A stretch of DNA of 63,929 nt, counting the filler, from Reticulomyxa filosa (Eukaryota; Protista; Foraminifera): the NCBI GenBank assembly GCA_000512085.1. It is 28 parts of 28 records of this genome, joined end to end, with 100 filler letters (N's around TTAATTAATTAA, not from the genome) between each part and the next. Parts side by side here need not be neighbours in the genome. Positions count along the whole stretch, not along the records: positions 38,723 to 40,709 come from ASPP01023180.1; positions 40,810 to 44,011 come from ASPP01028465.1; positions 44,112 to 47,025 come from ASPP01034552.1; positions 47,126 to 48,420 come from ASPP01040227.1; positions 48,521 to 50,692 come from ASPP01011317.1; positions 50,793 to 53,158 come from ASPP01027731.1; 22 more parts are not named here. One strand, 5' to 3'. The number at the start of each line of letters is the position of its first letter. The stretch's first letter is position 1. The translations under genes were made by a program, and so were the position numbers. A model generated the notes under the pieces. The model saw nothing but the letters and a program-made list of their open reading frames with translations, ran no database searches and was not told the DNA's origin. This document shows positions 40,221 through 50,799 of this stretch, piece after piece.

Positions 40221-40989
40221 GAAAAAAATATAGTTTTTAATCCAAACAAATGTTTTGTAATCTTTCTGTTTTGTTAATTTAAAATTAGAACGCTACTACG
40301 TGACACTCGACGTTCAAAAGTGTAAGCGAACGACGGGTCATTGGCAAAGAAAAAATCGAAGAGAACTGATGCATTAATGTTGCTAGAGGATTATAACGAT
40401 AAGACATCATCGCCATTGACTGGCATCCAAATCTTTGCATTGGACTATCAATTCAAATAGCAATGTTTATATATTGGTAGTATTGAATTATCACCATTAA
40501 TAATAGCTAATATTTGTATTCAGAATCGTTTGGCAGAATTATTCATTTGTAAAAAAAAACTCATTTTAACATAATTTATTGTAGTCATGATAAAAGTTCG
40601 TAGCGGAAGACAAGATTCAAAGAAAACAAACTTTTCAAACTAATAAAGAAAGTTTTTTTCAACTAGTAAAATTTTTTTTATCGTAAAAAAAAATGTTTAT
40701 TTTTTTTTTNNNNNNNNNNNNNNNNNNNNNNNNNNNNNNNNNNNNNNNNNNNNTTAATTAATTAANNNNNNNNNNNNNNNNNNNNNNNNNNNNNNNNNNN
40801 NNNNNNNNNGTTTATTTCCGGCGTTTGGTGTTTTTTTTTTTTTTTGGAAAAACATTCAGTATATAAAACGAATATACGTTCTTTTTTCTTGGCTCACGTA
40901 TACGCCATCTTTATATATGTATCCGCAGAACAAAATAATATTTAATTGTTTTTTTTTGAGAAAAATTTTTTTTTTGAAATTATGTATAG

Positions 40990-41238
40990 CTCAAACCAAA
41001 GTATCTTAACAATGAAATGCAAAAACAAGTGAGCATCCTTGTAAAGAAATTATTGACGCTGTACACGTTTTCTTTAGCAGCTACAATGTTTGCGTATTTG
41101 ATGCTGTTAGTCCCTGGGGCTGGACAATTTCTGGGCCTTTCCGCTATTTTAGACTTTGGCGTAAATTGCTCGGCCATGTTGCTGTCCTTTCGTTTTGCTG
41201 AACCGTGTTATGATGTTGTTTGTTGTTGTACAAAGTGA
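40990..41238 (+). CDS. Multi-pass (7TM-like) membrane protein exon
   Basis: Two hydrophobic helices followed by LLSFRFAEPCYDVVCCC, like the last two helices of a 7TM protein. Confidence 0.35.
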   Translation, partial: LKPKYLNNEMQKQVSILVKKLLTLYTFSLAATMFAYLMLLVPGAGQFLGLSAILDFGVNCSAMLLSFRFAEPCYDVVCCCTK

Positions 41239-42639
41239 TCGTTATTTATTATTTACTTTTTTTTTTTCGCTTCCTTTTGAGTGCTTAAGGTATCTTTTAC
41301 ATATATATTGTATGTACAACATGTTTTTTTTTGTTGACTCCTCTTGCATTTGAGACCACCCCTTGGTGGCACAAGTTCAAGGGCTTTGCGACAAAAAAAA
41401 CATTCTCAAAACCACCTTTGATTGATGATCGGAGATATTTCGTGTCTCCTTTGCAGTTTTTTGGATTTGCAAACACAATTTAGTGTGACTGCATATTTTA
41501 ACGAATTGTTTCGATTATCCTTTTGTTCTTTCATTGCTTTTTTATTGTTGTTATATTCTCTTTAAGTCCATACTTTTTTTGTGTTCGTTTGTGTTGTCAA
41601 CGCTAGTTGTTTTTCCTCGTTTATGTATTAAACAGTTCAAAATTTGAAATAAACAAAACTGGCCCAACTTCTTCTCATGTTGTTATCATTTCTTGTTTAT
41701 AATGATTTGAATCCTACAAATATTGTATAGCACATATTTTTGCACATGCGCATACACTACAACCCACTCTGAGCATTCTTTCTATTACCGCGCTGTTTCA
41801 TTTTCATTCTTCACTTATTTTTTGTAAATATCTTCTAGCAACTCTTAATACACTTGAGAGCTTTTCATAACGAAATTGTAAGTATAGATAACCCATCAGA
41901 ATTTTTTATTGCTTCATTTCATCACATTTGTTTAGTTTAATGAATTATTAGTTGTACTTGTTTTCTTGACACATAAGTAAGAAATTGATTACAGCGATAA
42001 AATGTATTGCAAAGATGTAGAGATGAAAGTTTACTAAATGTTATGTTTCAGTTCCTTTTGATTGGGAGAAGCGGCGTTTTGAAGGTTAAGATAAAGACAG
42101 TGTTGAATACACTCACATTCTTTTGACAAAAAAGTTGCTTTTTCAAAGACATGTTTTTGAAAACGAAATTGTGAAATATGTAAGTAACACTACTGAATCT
42201 AGTCAACAAAAACAAACCAATTATTTTGTTTGAGACCAAAGCAACAAGATGTACTGTATGAAACAGGTGTGTTTGAGATTGTGGTTTGGGAAAGTCTTTA
42301 GACAACCCTTTTTATTGAAACGTTTTTAACGAATATTTGAACTGTTCTCGCCTTTTAAAAATTTTTTCACTTTCTCAAAATAGCTATTCAATCCTCAACA
42401 CTGTTTTTGGAATTAATAAATAATATTCAGTTAATATAATACGAAATCCATTTTATTCACTGGAAAACCACGTAAGATAGATTTTTAGAAGCAAAGATTT
42501 TTATTTAAGTAAAGAGTTTAAATTTTTTAGAGTTAATTATAACTTAAGATGCAATTTTTAACCTTTATAAATCTGTTTTTGCTTTCTTTGCTCACAATAC
42601 CCACCAAAAAAAAAGACAAAACAATCTTTTTTAAAGACC

Positions 42640-43880
42640 GTTTTGTGTGTTCAGACAAGGCCCGTTCTCGTTGGAAAGCTATCACATCCCAAATAGGCCA
42701 CATCAATGCCGAACAGCAATTTTCCCCCAACTAAGAATTAACAAAAAACAAAACAAAATGAATAAGAAAAAAGGTGTTAAAACCATGACCTATCAAAAAG
42801 AAAAGAAAAAAAATTTAAGTTAATCAAGAGTCCGCATCGCATAGATGAGCTCTTTTTTTTCACTTAAAATTTTTTTGGAGTTCATGCGATAGCGATAGGT
42901 ATTTTCAACACGACAGTCGATTTCGTCTACAAGCGGTTCATTTTGCAGTAAATGAGAGAAAAACTCCAAAACCTCACATTTTTTGCGAACTAAAGTGTTA
43001 GCACTTTGCAATTCCAATCGTAGCTCACAAATGAGCCTTACAAAGGGATTGTTTTCATCTACGATGAGCAAATGGACTTTGATATAGCGATAGTTGTACA
43101 AAGTGTGATGAAGCAAGGGATTCCCGGAACATTCTTGGTCATATTCTTGGCTATACTTGTGCTTGCTGTAGAGCTGGTATTTGCTGTTGTCTGTGGTGGA
43201 TGGAGCATCCCGTGAGCGTGGTAAGGCGGGGGTTTCTGTGGTCAAATGGTTGGAAATGTTTTTGATGAACAAGTGTTTGGCTCCGTCAAAAAGAGTCCGA
43301 TAAGGTAAAAAAATCGAAGGGATCTTCTTTATGTGGGACAATAGTTCGGAGTCGTTCAATGAGGCCATGTTCACACGATGCGACTCTGCGTAATTCATGA
43401 GACGCTGAAAGCCTTTCATTAGTGTCTGTGGGTCGGCAAATACCACATTGCAGCGCAGTAGGTCCATGGGGATGTTATGGGGATTGCAGATTACATCGTT
43501 GGACTTTGTCAATTGTTGTTCAACAAAGCTTTTTTTTTATATACACATATAATTATTTCACTATCATACTTAAGTATACGTATACATACATATACATATA
43601 CATATATATGTATATGTATATGTATACGTATATAACTGTGAAGTCTTTCGTATGAATTGAATAGTGGTCGACGAGTTGTCTTGTTCTTTGAATATTTTAA
43701 GCATCAAATGCTGAAAGTGCGTTTCGAGTTTGGACGCGATGGAAAGGAAGAATTTAATCCCCTGTTGCAAAGGAGAGCCACTTTCGTTCACATTGAATGG
43801 GAGTTTCATTAACTGGCAGCGCAGCAGTAAGCGAGCCTTATCAATGCGTTCTGTTGGTTCTATCAGATACCAATCACTTA
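42640..43880 (-). CDS. Multi-exon hypothetical protein with RelA/SpoT-like nucleotidyltransferase motifs
   Basis: IPMDLLRCNVVF, NYRYIKVHLL and LICELRLEL appear in the order of the D-x-x-R, GYR-x-xH and E-x-Q motifs. (TA)n introns flank the exons. Confidence 0.5.
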
Positions 43881-44111
43881 CTCACATACATACACACACA
43901 CACACATGCACATAATATATATACATATATACGTATACAATATATATACATATACATATATATATATATATATATATGTACAAATAATTTGCAAAAGTAT
44001 GCAAGAAGACCNNNNNNNNNNNNNNNNNNNNNNNNNNNNNNNNNNNNNNNNNNNNTTAATTAATTAANNNNNNNNNNNNNNNNNNNNNNNNNNNNNNNNN
44101 NNNNNNNNNNN

Positions 44112-44324
44112 AAAATTTTTAGGCGTATCTCGCCTGTGTGTTAATCTATTATTACCGCAATGCCTACAAATAGGTTTATTATTATACCTCATTGTGATAA
44201 AATACTTTATACAATCAAGTTCGGTAGGAAATTGTTTGTTAAATTCAAAAAAGTTCATAATTCTTTCGCCTCTTATGAACTTAAGTATAAACCATTACTT
44301 ATTGAACGTCAAGGGATGATTGCG
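44112..44324 (-). mobile_element. IS1595-family insertion sequence, left end and transposase N-terminus (CDS from 44258)
   Basis: MNFFEFNKQFPTELDCIKYFITMRYNNKPICRHCG is the IS1595 zinc-ribbon N-terminus (F.TE..C..Y....R....P.C..CG). Probable terminus CGCAATCATCCC at ~44324. Confidence 0.85.
44284..44312 (-). promoter_or_regulatory. sigma70-type promoter of the IS transposase
   Basis: TTGACG (44312-44307), 17-nt spacer, TATACT (44289-44284). GAGG Shine-Dalgarno before the ATG at 44258. Confidence 0.75.
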
Positions 44325-44362
44325 AATATAAATTATAAAGTTAATATCATTATAAATTTAAC

Positions 44363-44391
44363 TTGCCAATCAGTGGCAAAAAAACTAAATT
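44363..44391 (+). promoter_or_regulatory. Putative sigma70 promoter of tRNA-Ser
   Basis: TTGCCA-N17-TAAATT ending 12 nt before the tRNA. Confidence 0.55.
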
Positions 44392-44403
44392 CACCCTTTG
44401 CGT

Positions 44404-44419
44404 GGAGAGATGGCCGAGA

Positions 44420-44451
<32 letters not shown>

Positions 44452-44463
44452 CGGTAGTAATGT

Positions 44464-44495
<32 letters not shown>

Positions 44496-44497
44496 CA
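44404..44497 (+). tRNA. trnS-GCT: Bacterial tRNA-Ser(GCT), encoded CCA
   Basis: Acceptor GGAGAGA/TCTCTCC-G-CCA, anticodon arm GCGGT-TTGCTAA-ACCGT, long variable arm GTACGG..TCGTAC, T-loop GGTTCGAATCC. Confidence 0.97.
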
Positions 44498-44647
44498 TTA
44501 ACTGAAAGACAACCGTTCTACACTCGTTAACGGTTGCCCCGCAAAAGCCCAGTCTGTGCGGTGTTTTCCCGTGACTTTATCCTGACTTTCCCACCCCCAA
44601 AACAGCCCATTTTTTCTAAAGTACGCCGCTATATCGCTCTCAGTTAT

Positions 44648-44686
44648 AAAAAAACCGTACTTGGGAAAAGCCAGTACGGGATTTTT
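44648..44686. terminator. Putative bidirectional intrinsic terminator
   Basis: A-run, CCGTAC(T)TGG-gaaaag-CCAGTACGG stem, then gattttt. It lies between the convergent tRNA and the 358-aa gene. Confidence 0.5.
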
Positions 44687-44746
44687 AGCCAAGACAATCT
44701 GCGGCTTTACGCGATTTCATGACCATGACTGTTGCCATAGCCTACG

Positions 44747-45823
44747 CTAGGCGTTGTTGTCAGAGCGTGCAAATACGTTGAATTTTGCTTTGTAATGCTT
44801 TTTCCCATTCTCCGTCACTTCCTCAAACAGGTCTTCTGCTTTCAAGCTAGGGTTTTGATGCCCAAAGAATTCCTGTAGTTTTTCTTTAAGGCTTTTCTTG
44901 GTTTGTGCATCATCTCGCAGAAGCAGAGTCTTGCCATGATCTTCTGAAAATTTAATGAGCATCGTCCATGCCTTATTTGGCAACGCGCCACCATCATCAG
45001 CTTTTTTGCGCTTATCGCTCATGCTGAACTGACTGAATTCATAAGCTGCTCCAGCGGCTTGATTTACCGAGTATGTTACATGCACGTTCTGACCATCGAT
45101 GAAACGGACGGTGATGCTCTGCCAGGTGGCACCAGGCGATTGGGGAAAATAGCATAGACTGCCTTCAGGGGTTCGCTTGGGCAACAATGGCTCAAGCCAC
45201 GAATCGAGAAGTTGTTTGGCAGAGCCTTTTACTTTTACCGTTCCATCTTCAATTTCCAGCAGGTCATCTAGACCCAGCAACTTGGATTTCTTAGCCTGAG
45301 CGGCATTAAGCGATTCATGGCTAAACAACGAACCCACTGGAGCAATCAGAAGGAAAGTTTCAGCTTTAAGCGTCAGGTGATTCACTGCTTTATTCAATGA
45401 AGCGGGTGTTGAGCTTAAAGAGAGATAAACTGGAAAACTATAATCAGTTTGCGGATTCATGCATCCAATCTTCCAAAAATTCGGCAGTCCAGAAATAGCC
45501 TCCACTTGTGAATCGCAAAGCGTTACCTCTGCTATTTTTTTGAATAATTCATTTGTATTTAAGCGATAAACTATCGTTTCAGCTTTGGTGAGTGTACGGC
45601 GGTCGCATCGCCTTGGTTCGGATGTGCATATACCAACATGCTCATCGTCATGGGAAAACACATTCATGTAGCATCCACCAGCTTTACCGCATGGCAATGC
45701 CTGTGCAAGATTGTTTGTAATCTGCAACAACGATTGCGGAAAAACTCCCCATTCAGCAGTTACGCCCTGTAGCCCCTGAAGGTCACAGAGATTATGCCAT
45801 GGCTGCGATCGAAGCGGCTTCAC
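44747..45823 (-). CDS. Bacterial hypothetical protein, 358 aa, N-terminal Cys cluster
   Basis: Uninterrupted ORF. GTG start 5 nt after a strong AGGAGGT SD that lies inside the upstream gene. C-x5-C..C-x6-C (PCGKAGGC..CTSEPRRC). Confidence 0.85.
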   Translation of the reverse strand: MKPLRSQPWHNLCDLQGLQGVTAEWGVFPQSLLQITNNLAQALPCGKAGGCYMNVFSHDDEHVGICTSEPRRCDRRTLTKAETIVYRLNTNELFKKIAEVTLCDSQVEAISGLPNFWKIGCMNPQTDYSFPVYLSLSSTPASLNKAVNHLTLKAETFLLIAPVGSLFSHESLNAAQAKKSKLLGLDDLLEIEDGTVKVKGSAKQLLDSWLEPLLPKRTPEGSLCYFPQSPGATWQSITVRFIDGQNVHVTYSVNQAAGAAYEFSQFSMSDKRKKADDGGALPNKAWTMLIKFSEDHGKTLLLRDDAQTKKSLKEKLQEFFGHQNPSLKAEDLFEEVTENGKKHYKAKFNVFARSDNNA

Positions 45824-46981
45824 TTTCTACCTCCTGCGATACCATTTTTTTGTCGGCTTCAGATTTTTGTTTTTTTACAAATTCTCTGTTCCGCAACCAC
45901 AACTCCACCAAATGCGAGTCTTCTTTCCGATCAAAATTAGCAATGTTTGGTGGTCTGATTTTAACTGTGCGAGGGCGTTTGGAATTCTCAAACTTGATGG
46001 AAAAACTGGCAGACACCAGAAATTTCAAAGCTGGCATTGACCTTCCTCCAGCCTCCATAGAAGCAAAAAGATCATTTGAACGATATGTATTGCGGTCATT
46101 AAGTGGCCCACGATACTGCACCTGAATCTCTATCAACTTTGCACTTACCATGCCTGGAACGTCGATGTACGACAGTGCATCAGTGCCAACCTCAGTAAGG
46201 GGCGCAAGGGTGTATTTTTCTTCGCCTGGGAAGTAATCCGCTTCATTAAAAAGATGCTCGCTGAATACGGAAAGATACATCCTCCACTCTTTTTGAGTCT
46301 GCGATTTATTAAAAACGGCCAGTTCGTTATTCATTCGGTCGTAAATCAAGACATCATGAAATTCGGGGCGATAAAAGACGATAGTCGATTTACCTGAATC
46401 CATTTTCCCTTCACGTTTGAATGGCATACCATGGCGGATAAAAAAATAGATTTTGTTCTCATCTTCTGCCGCTACTGGCAGGACTCTACAGCCAGTGCCC
46501 TTCTTATTTTTGGTAAACCAGCGATCCATTTCCTTCTCCATAGCACGCAGTATTTCTGGCTTTGGCACTTCAAAGGATTCTGGTGCATCTTTTTCTGACT
46601 GAAAGTAAGTGAAGGATTTTGGCTTAAGTACCATGACTTCGGCATGAGGGCGTTTTAGAAGCTCTGGGTCATGAAGCCATAATGCCAAGGCTAAATCGGC
46701 AGGAGAGCATTGACCGTCAGAATCAGTCTCAATACCATTCTGTTCGGCTAAATCGCATAGCTCTTGATATTGTTCATCATTGGTCATCTCCTGAATCAGA
46801 AAAAGTGCATCTACCGAAGACACATCCATGTCTTCGGTAGGATTCATAAGTATTTCTGCTAACAAATCAAAATTGAGCAGACCTTCTTCATCCAGGTCAA
46901 AGTTAAAACCTCGCCCCTGCAGGTAGGTTTCATATTCTTTTAGAAATCCAATCAAATTTTCTTGTCGAATCTTTTTTAAGA
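45792..46981 (-). CDS. Bacterial hypothetical protein, ~390 aa, 5' end interrupted
   Basis: Uninterrupted acidic ORF that overlaps the next gene by 32 nt. The frame stays open upstream of 46955 (LKKIRQENL) as far as an IS-like end. Confidence 0.85.
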
Positions 46982-47025
46982 CATACGCGTCAAGTTAAGG
47001 AGAAGAAAGGAATTAGAATGGCCTA
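46982..47025. mobile_element. IS4-family (IS231-like) terminal inverted repeat at the contig end
   Basis: CATACGCGTCAAGTTAAG fits the IS231-group terminus pattern CAT-N5-TCAA-N-TTAAG (recalled, not searched). It cuts the ORF and sits at an assembly break. Confidence 0.55.
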
Positions 47026-47942
47026 NNNNNNNNNNNNNNNNNNNNNNNNNNNNNNNNNNNNNNNNNNNNTTAATTAATTAANNNNNNNNNNNNNNNNNNN
47101 NNNNNNNNNNNNNNNNNNNNNNNNNCTTCGAAATTTGTTTATGTTATGACGTGAGTGCAACAAAAATTGTCCATCTCAGAGATCATATATTATTCTATAA
47201 TTGGTATAAGACTCAATTTTTAATGATAACATAATTGCTGAGTTGTGAAAAAAAATGACAAGAGGAGATAAAGTCAATGGCTGTGTTAATGAATTTTTAA
47301 TCTTTTTGTTGAGGATTCGAAGAATCAACGTTTCTTCATTGCCAACCTGAGTAAAATGAGAAAAGGGTTAAATAGACGTGTTCTACTTCTATTTTTTGTA
47401 ACAATTCATGGACGAAAAGAATTTACTTTTTTTGATGAAAAACATCTTATTGCACTGCAGAAACTTTATAACAAAAGAAATTTTATTGTCAAAAACTTTG
47501 AATATTTAATAAAAATGAGTTGTTAGTATTATGTGTTCTTTTGAAATATCAAATAAAAATTTTGTATGCATTTTGAAAGTAAATCAAAGTTGCAATAACT
47601 CGTTTTCAAATTACAAAAGTTGCACTTTCTCTGAAGAAAATAGTATTGTGTCATCCAAAAAATGTGCCAAAATGGAATCTGAATTAGTAAAAATTGTGTA
47701 ACTTGATTGTACGAGCAATCTTCAAAAATATTGGAAATTGTAAAGTACACACCACAACAAAATATTTGATCAATAGATTAGTCGAACCCTGATCCCACTA
47801 ACAAGATATCATATATTTTGCGTGAGGCAGTCACAAGATGTGTAACAAGTGCAGTTACATATTGTTGTAACATGAGGCTGCACTTGCTAAGTTACTTGAT
47901 GTGCCCCACAATCATTTGGTGCAGCCACATGAATTGATCAGG

Positions 47943-48062
47943 ATAAGCACACTTGCATGAAGTAGTAGCTGCTCTACATGAAGTTACCACTTATCGCAAT
48001 AAGTACACTTTCATGAAATAGTAGCGCTAACTACAGTTTCATGAAGTTACCACTTATCCCAA
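47943..48062. repeat. Two-copy ~56-63-bp tandem repeat
   Basis: ataag(c/t)acactt(g/t)catgaa(g/a)tagtagc...catgaagttaccacttatc occurs at 47943 and 47999. Confidence 0.7.
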
Positions 48063-48520
48063 TAGTTACATGGAGTGGCACCATATGATTAAAGTTATGT
48101 CCCCTACCCCCCAATTACCAACCCTTCAACCTCCGGATAAAAATAAAATAAATAATATATAATAAAAAAAAAAGCAAATACATACGACATCTTTTGTAGT
48201 ACCCTACCATTGGGCGACCTTGACTAAATTCAAGTGTCAAAAAATATATAATAAAAAAAAATTTAACAAATACATTCCTCAGACACTGGCAAATGACGAC
48301 TTGTTACTAAGACCTACGCGCTTGTGGATATCGATGATCTGTTTGTATTTGCTTCATTTCACGATACGTAAGTCAAATGCGGCATTGTGCGAATATGCGA
48401 TTGGTCAATTTCACAACTGGNNNNNNNNNNNNNNNNNNNNNNNNNNNNNNNNNNNNNNNNNNNNTTAATTAATTAANNNNNNNNNNNNNNNNNNNNNNNN
48501 NNNNNNNNNNNNNNNNNNNN

Positions 48521-48559
<39 letters not shown>

Positions 48560-48560
<1 letters not shown>

Positions 48561-49628
48561 GTAATCTTTTTTTGTGTATGATAAACTTTTGCGATAAGCA
48601 TTCGAGAAATTCGAAATTGGAACAAAATTTGGGAGATTGATTTTCAAAAGCGACGAGCAAGGTTTGTAATTGATCATGCAAGGACGTCACCAAGTGATTG
48701 GCCAAGATCAGATGCTCGTCATTGGCGATACGTAGCATAGTGAGTTGTTGTTGCAAAAGCATCGTTTCCTCGAACTTGGTGGTTTCTTTATTCCTTCGCT
48801 TTGTGTCGTTTGGAGTCTGTTTTGTGGAAGAGGAAGCCATATGTTGCTGACTGGAGTTGTCGATATCGCCAGAGTCTGGAAGAGGATCAACACCGGTCAT
48901 ATGAACGCCACTGGGCTTTTTGGTTTTAGCCGTCCCGCCGAGCATAGATGTCCATGAAAGTTCATCGACGCCCGTGGAAGAAAGACCGAGGCCGACGTTG
49001 TAGGTGCTATAGCCATTGTGGTCGGAGTCATTGGACGAACCGTACTTGACGATCTTGGGATCGTTGCAACCATCGCCAATGCAAACGACAGCCTTGCCCA
49101 ATGTGAAGCGTATAGTACTGAGTTGGGATACCATTGGGAAGCAAATGGCATATGAGATAACGCGGAACAGACACCAGTGACTGAACATCTGATGGGCACC
49201 GTTGCGAGAATGGACAGAGGATATATCGGATAGACAAAACGCTGGTTTGAAAAAGAAGTTGGGCTTGGTCAACACCAATGTTTTCAGGTCGTCGGTATGA
49301 ATCTGCGATGATAGCAGTTTGAACAGCGGAAATATATCATAGTCTTCGTGCAAATGCGCCGAGGCGTGACACAACAGCAATTGTACAATCGACTGGTACC
49401 TCTTCGAAATTTGTCGCTGCATGTGATGACCTGTAAATTCCACGTTGCTCAGAAAGTGAGGGAATCCACTATCATTTTGCAACGATGACTTTTCCCATTC
49501 CGACACTTTGGCAGGGATGTTGTTGTCCGTCGTTTGATACTCCGTTATTGTCAATAGTGATGACAACTGCTCCGCTACGTATTGCACGTTACTTTCATAA
49601 CGTAGTCCCCGAATCTTTGTGTTCAAAT

Positions 49629-49675
<47 letters not shown>

Positions 49676-50630
49676 ATATTCATATTTGCTTTCAAAAAAA
49701 TAATAAAAATAAGTAAATTATACGTACCATTTCGTCAATCATTTCCAAACCTTTCAATCGAAACAATGCCAACGACGACTGAATTTGAAGGGCTGTTTTG
49801 TAGTTGACCACCGTGGCATGTGAGTTGCTGACAAATCCGATCACTTGTTTCAATAGCTGCATCACTGGCGACATTGTCATTCCGGAAAAGTCCAATGATG
49901 AATGTGACTTAAATAGATGCTTTTTTTTTAAATAAAAAAAAAAAAAAATTAAATAAAACAATTGTGCAATAAAATGTATGTACAACGTATACATATACAT
50001 ATATATGTCGTTTGTTCATTTAACCAAACTTCGAAATGAAGAAGGTGTTGAAAAGTATCCGAAAGCTTTTTCTCTGCAAAGTCTTTTGGAGCCCACATGA
50101 GTCTTGTTCGTATATTCGAACTCGAATTTCGTGGCAGTTTTGTCACATTGCAAATTTGACAATGCGTGTGATAAGATTGATTCAAATGTTGGCAAGACCC
50201 ACAAACCCACTATATTTTATATACATGTATATGCGTATGCGTATACGTATACAGAAATTGCAAAAAAAAAAAAAAAAAACAACAACCGCAAAATGAAACA
50301 TAACTCCCGTCGGTTTAATGGCTGGAGACAACAAAGACATTGGATACTCTTTCAAATCGGAAAGAGTATATTCCGACATGACAGCCTTAAGCTCGACCCA
50401 GGCGGGCGACAATTGCATCAAAAAATCCACTCGCGTCAACAACGAGTTCAGACTTTGTTCCCACGTTTGAATTGACGACATGTTTGTGAAGCATTGTCCG
50501 GCCGCATGCGCCGCCCGTTTCCATAAAATTTGCAACTCTTTGCATCCATTTGTAAAATGTACGTTGGAGTGAGTTTCACTCCAACTTTTTCCGAGTTTTT
50601 GCAAATGCGAATATAACTGTGCAAACAAGC
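48560..50630 (-). CDS. Internal exons of a large hypothetical protein
   Basis: Four co-oriented exon-like frames, the largest ~350 codons, separated by (TA)n and A/T-tract introns. Confidence 0.6.
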
Positions 50631-50799
50631 AAGTTTATAAACATATACATATACATATACATGTATGTATATATATATATATATATATATATNNNNNNNN
50701 NNNNNNNNNNNNNNNNNNNNNNNNNNNNNNNNNNNNTTAATTAATTAANNNNNNNNNNNNNNNNNNNNNNNNNNNNNNNNNNNNNNNNNNNNACCATTT

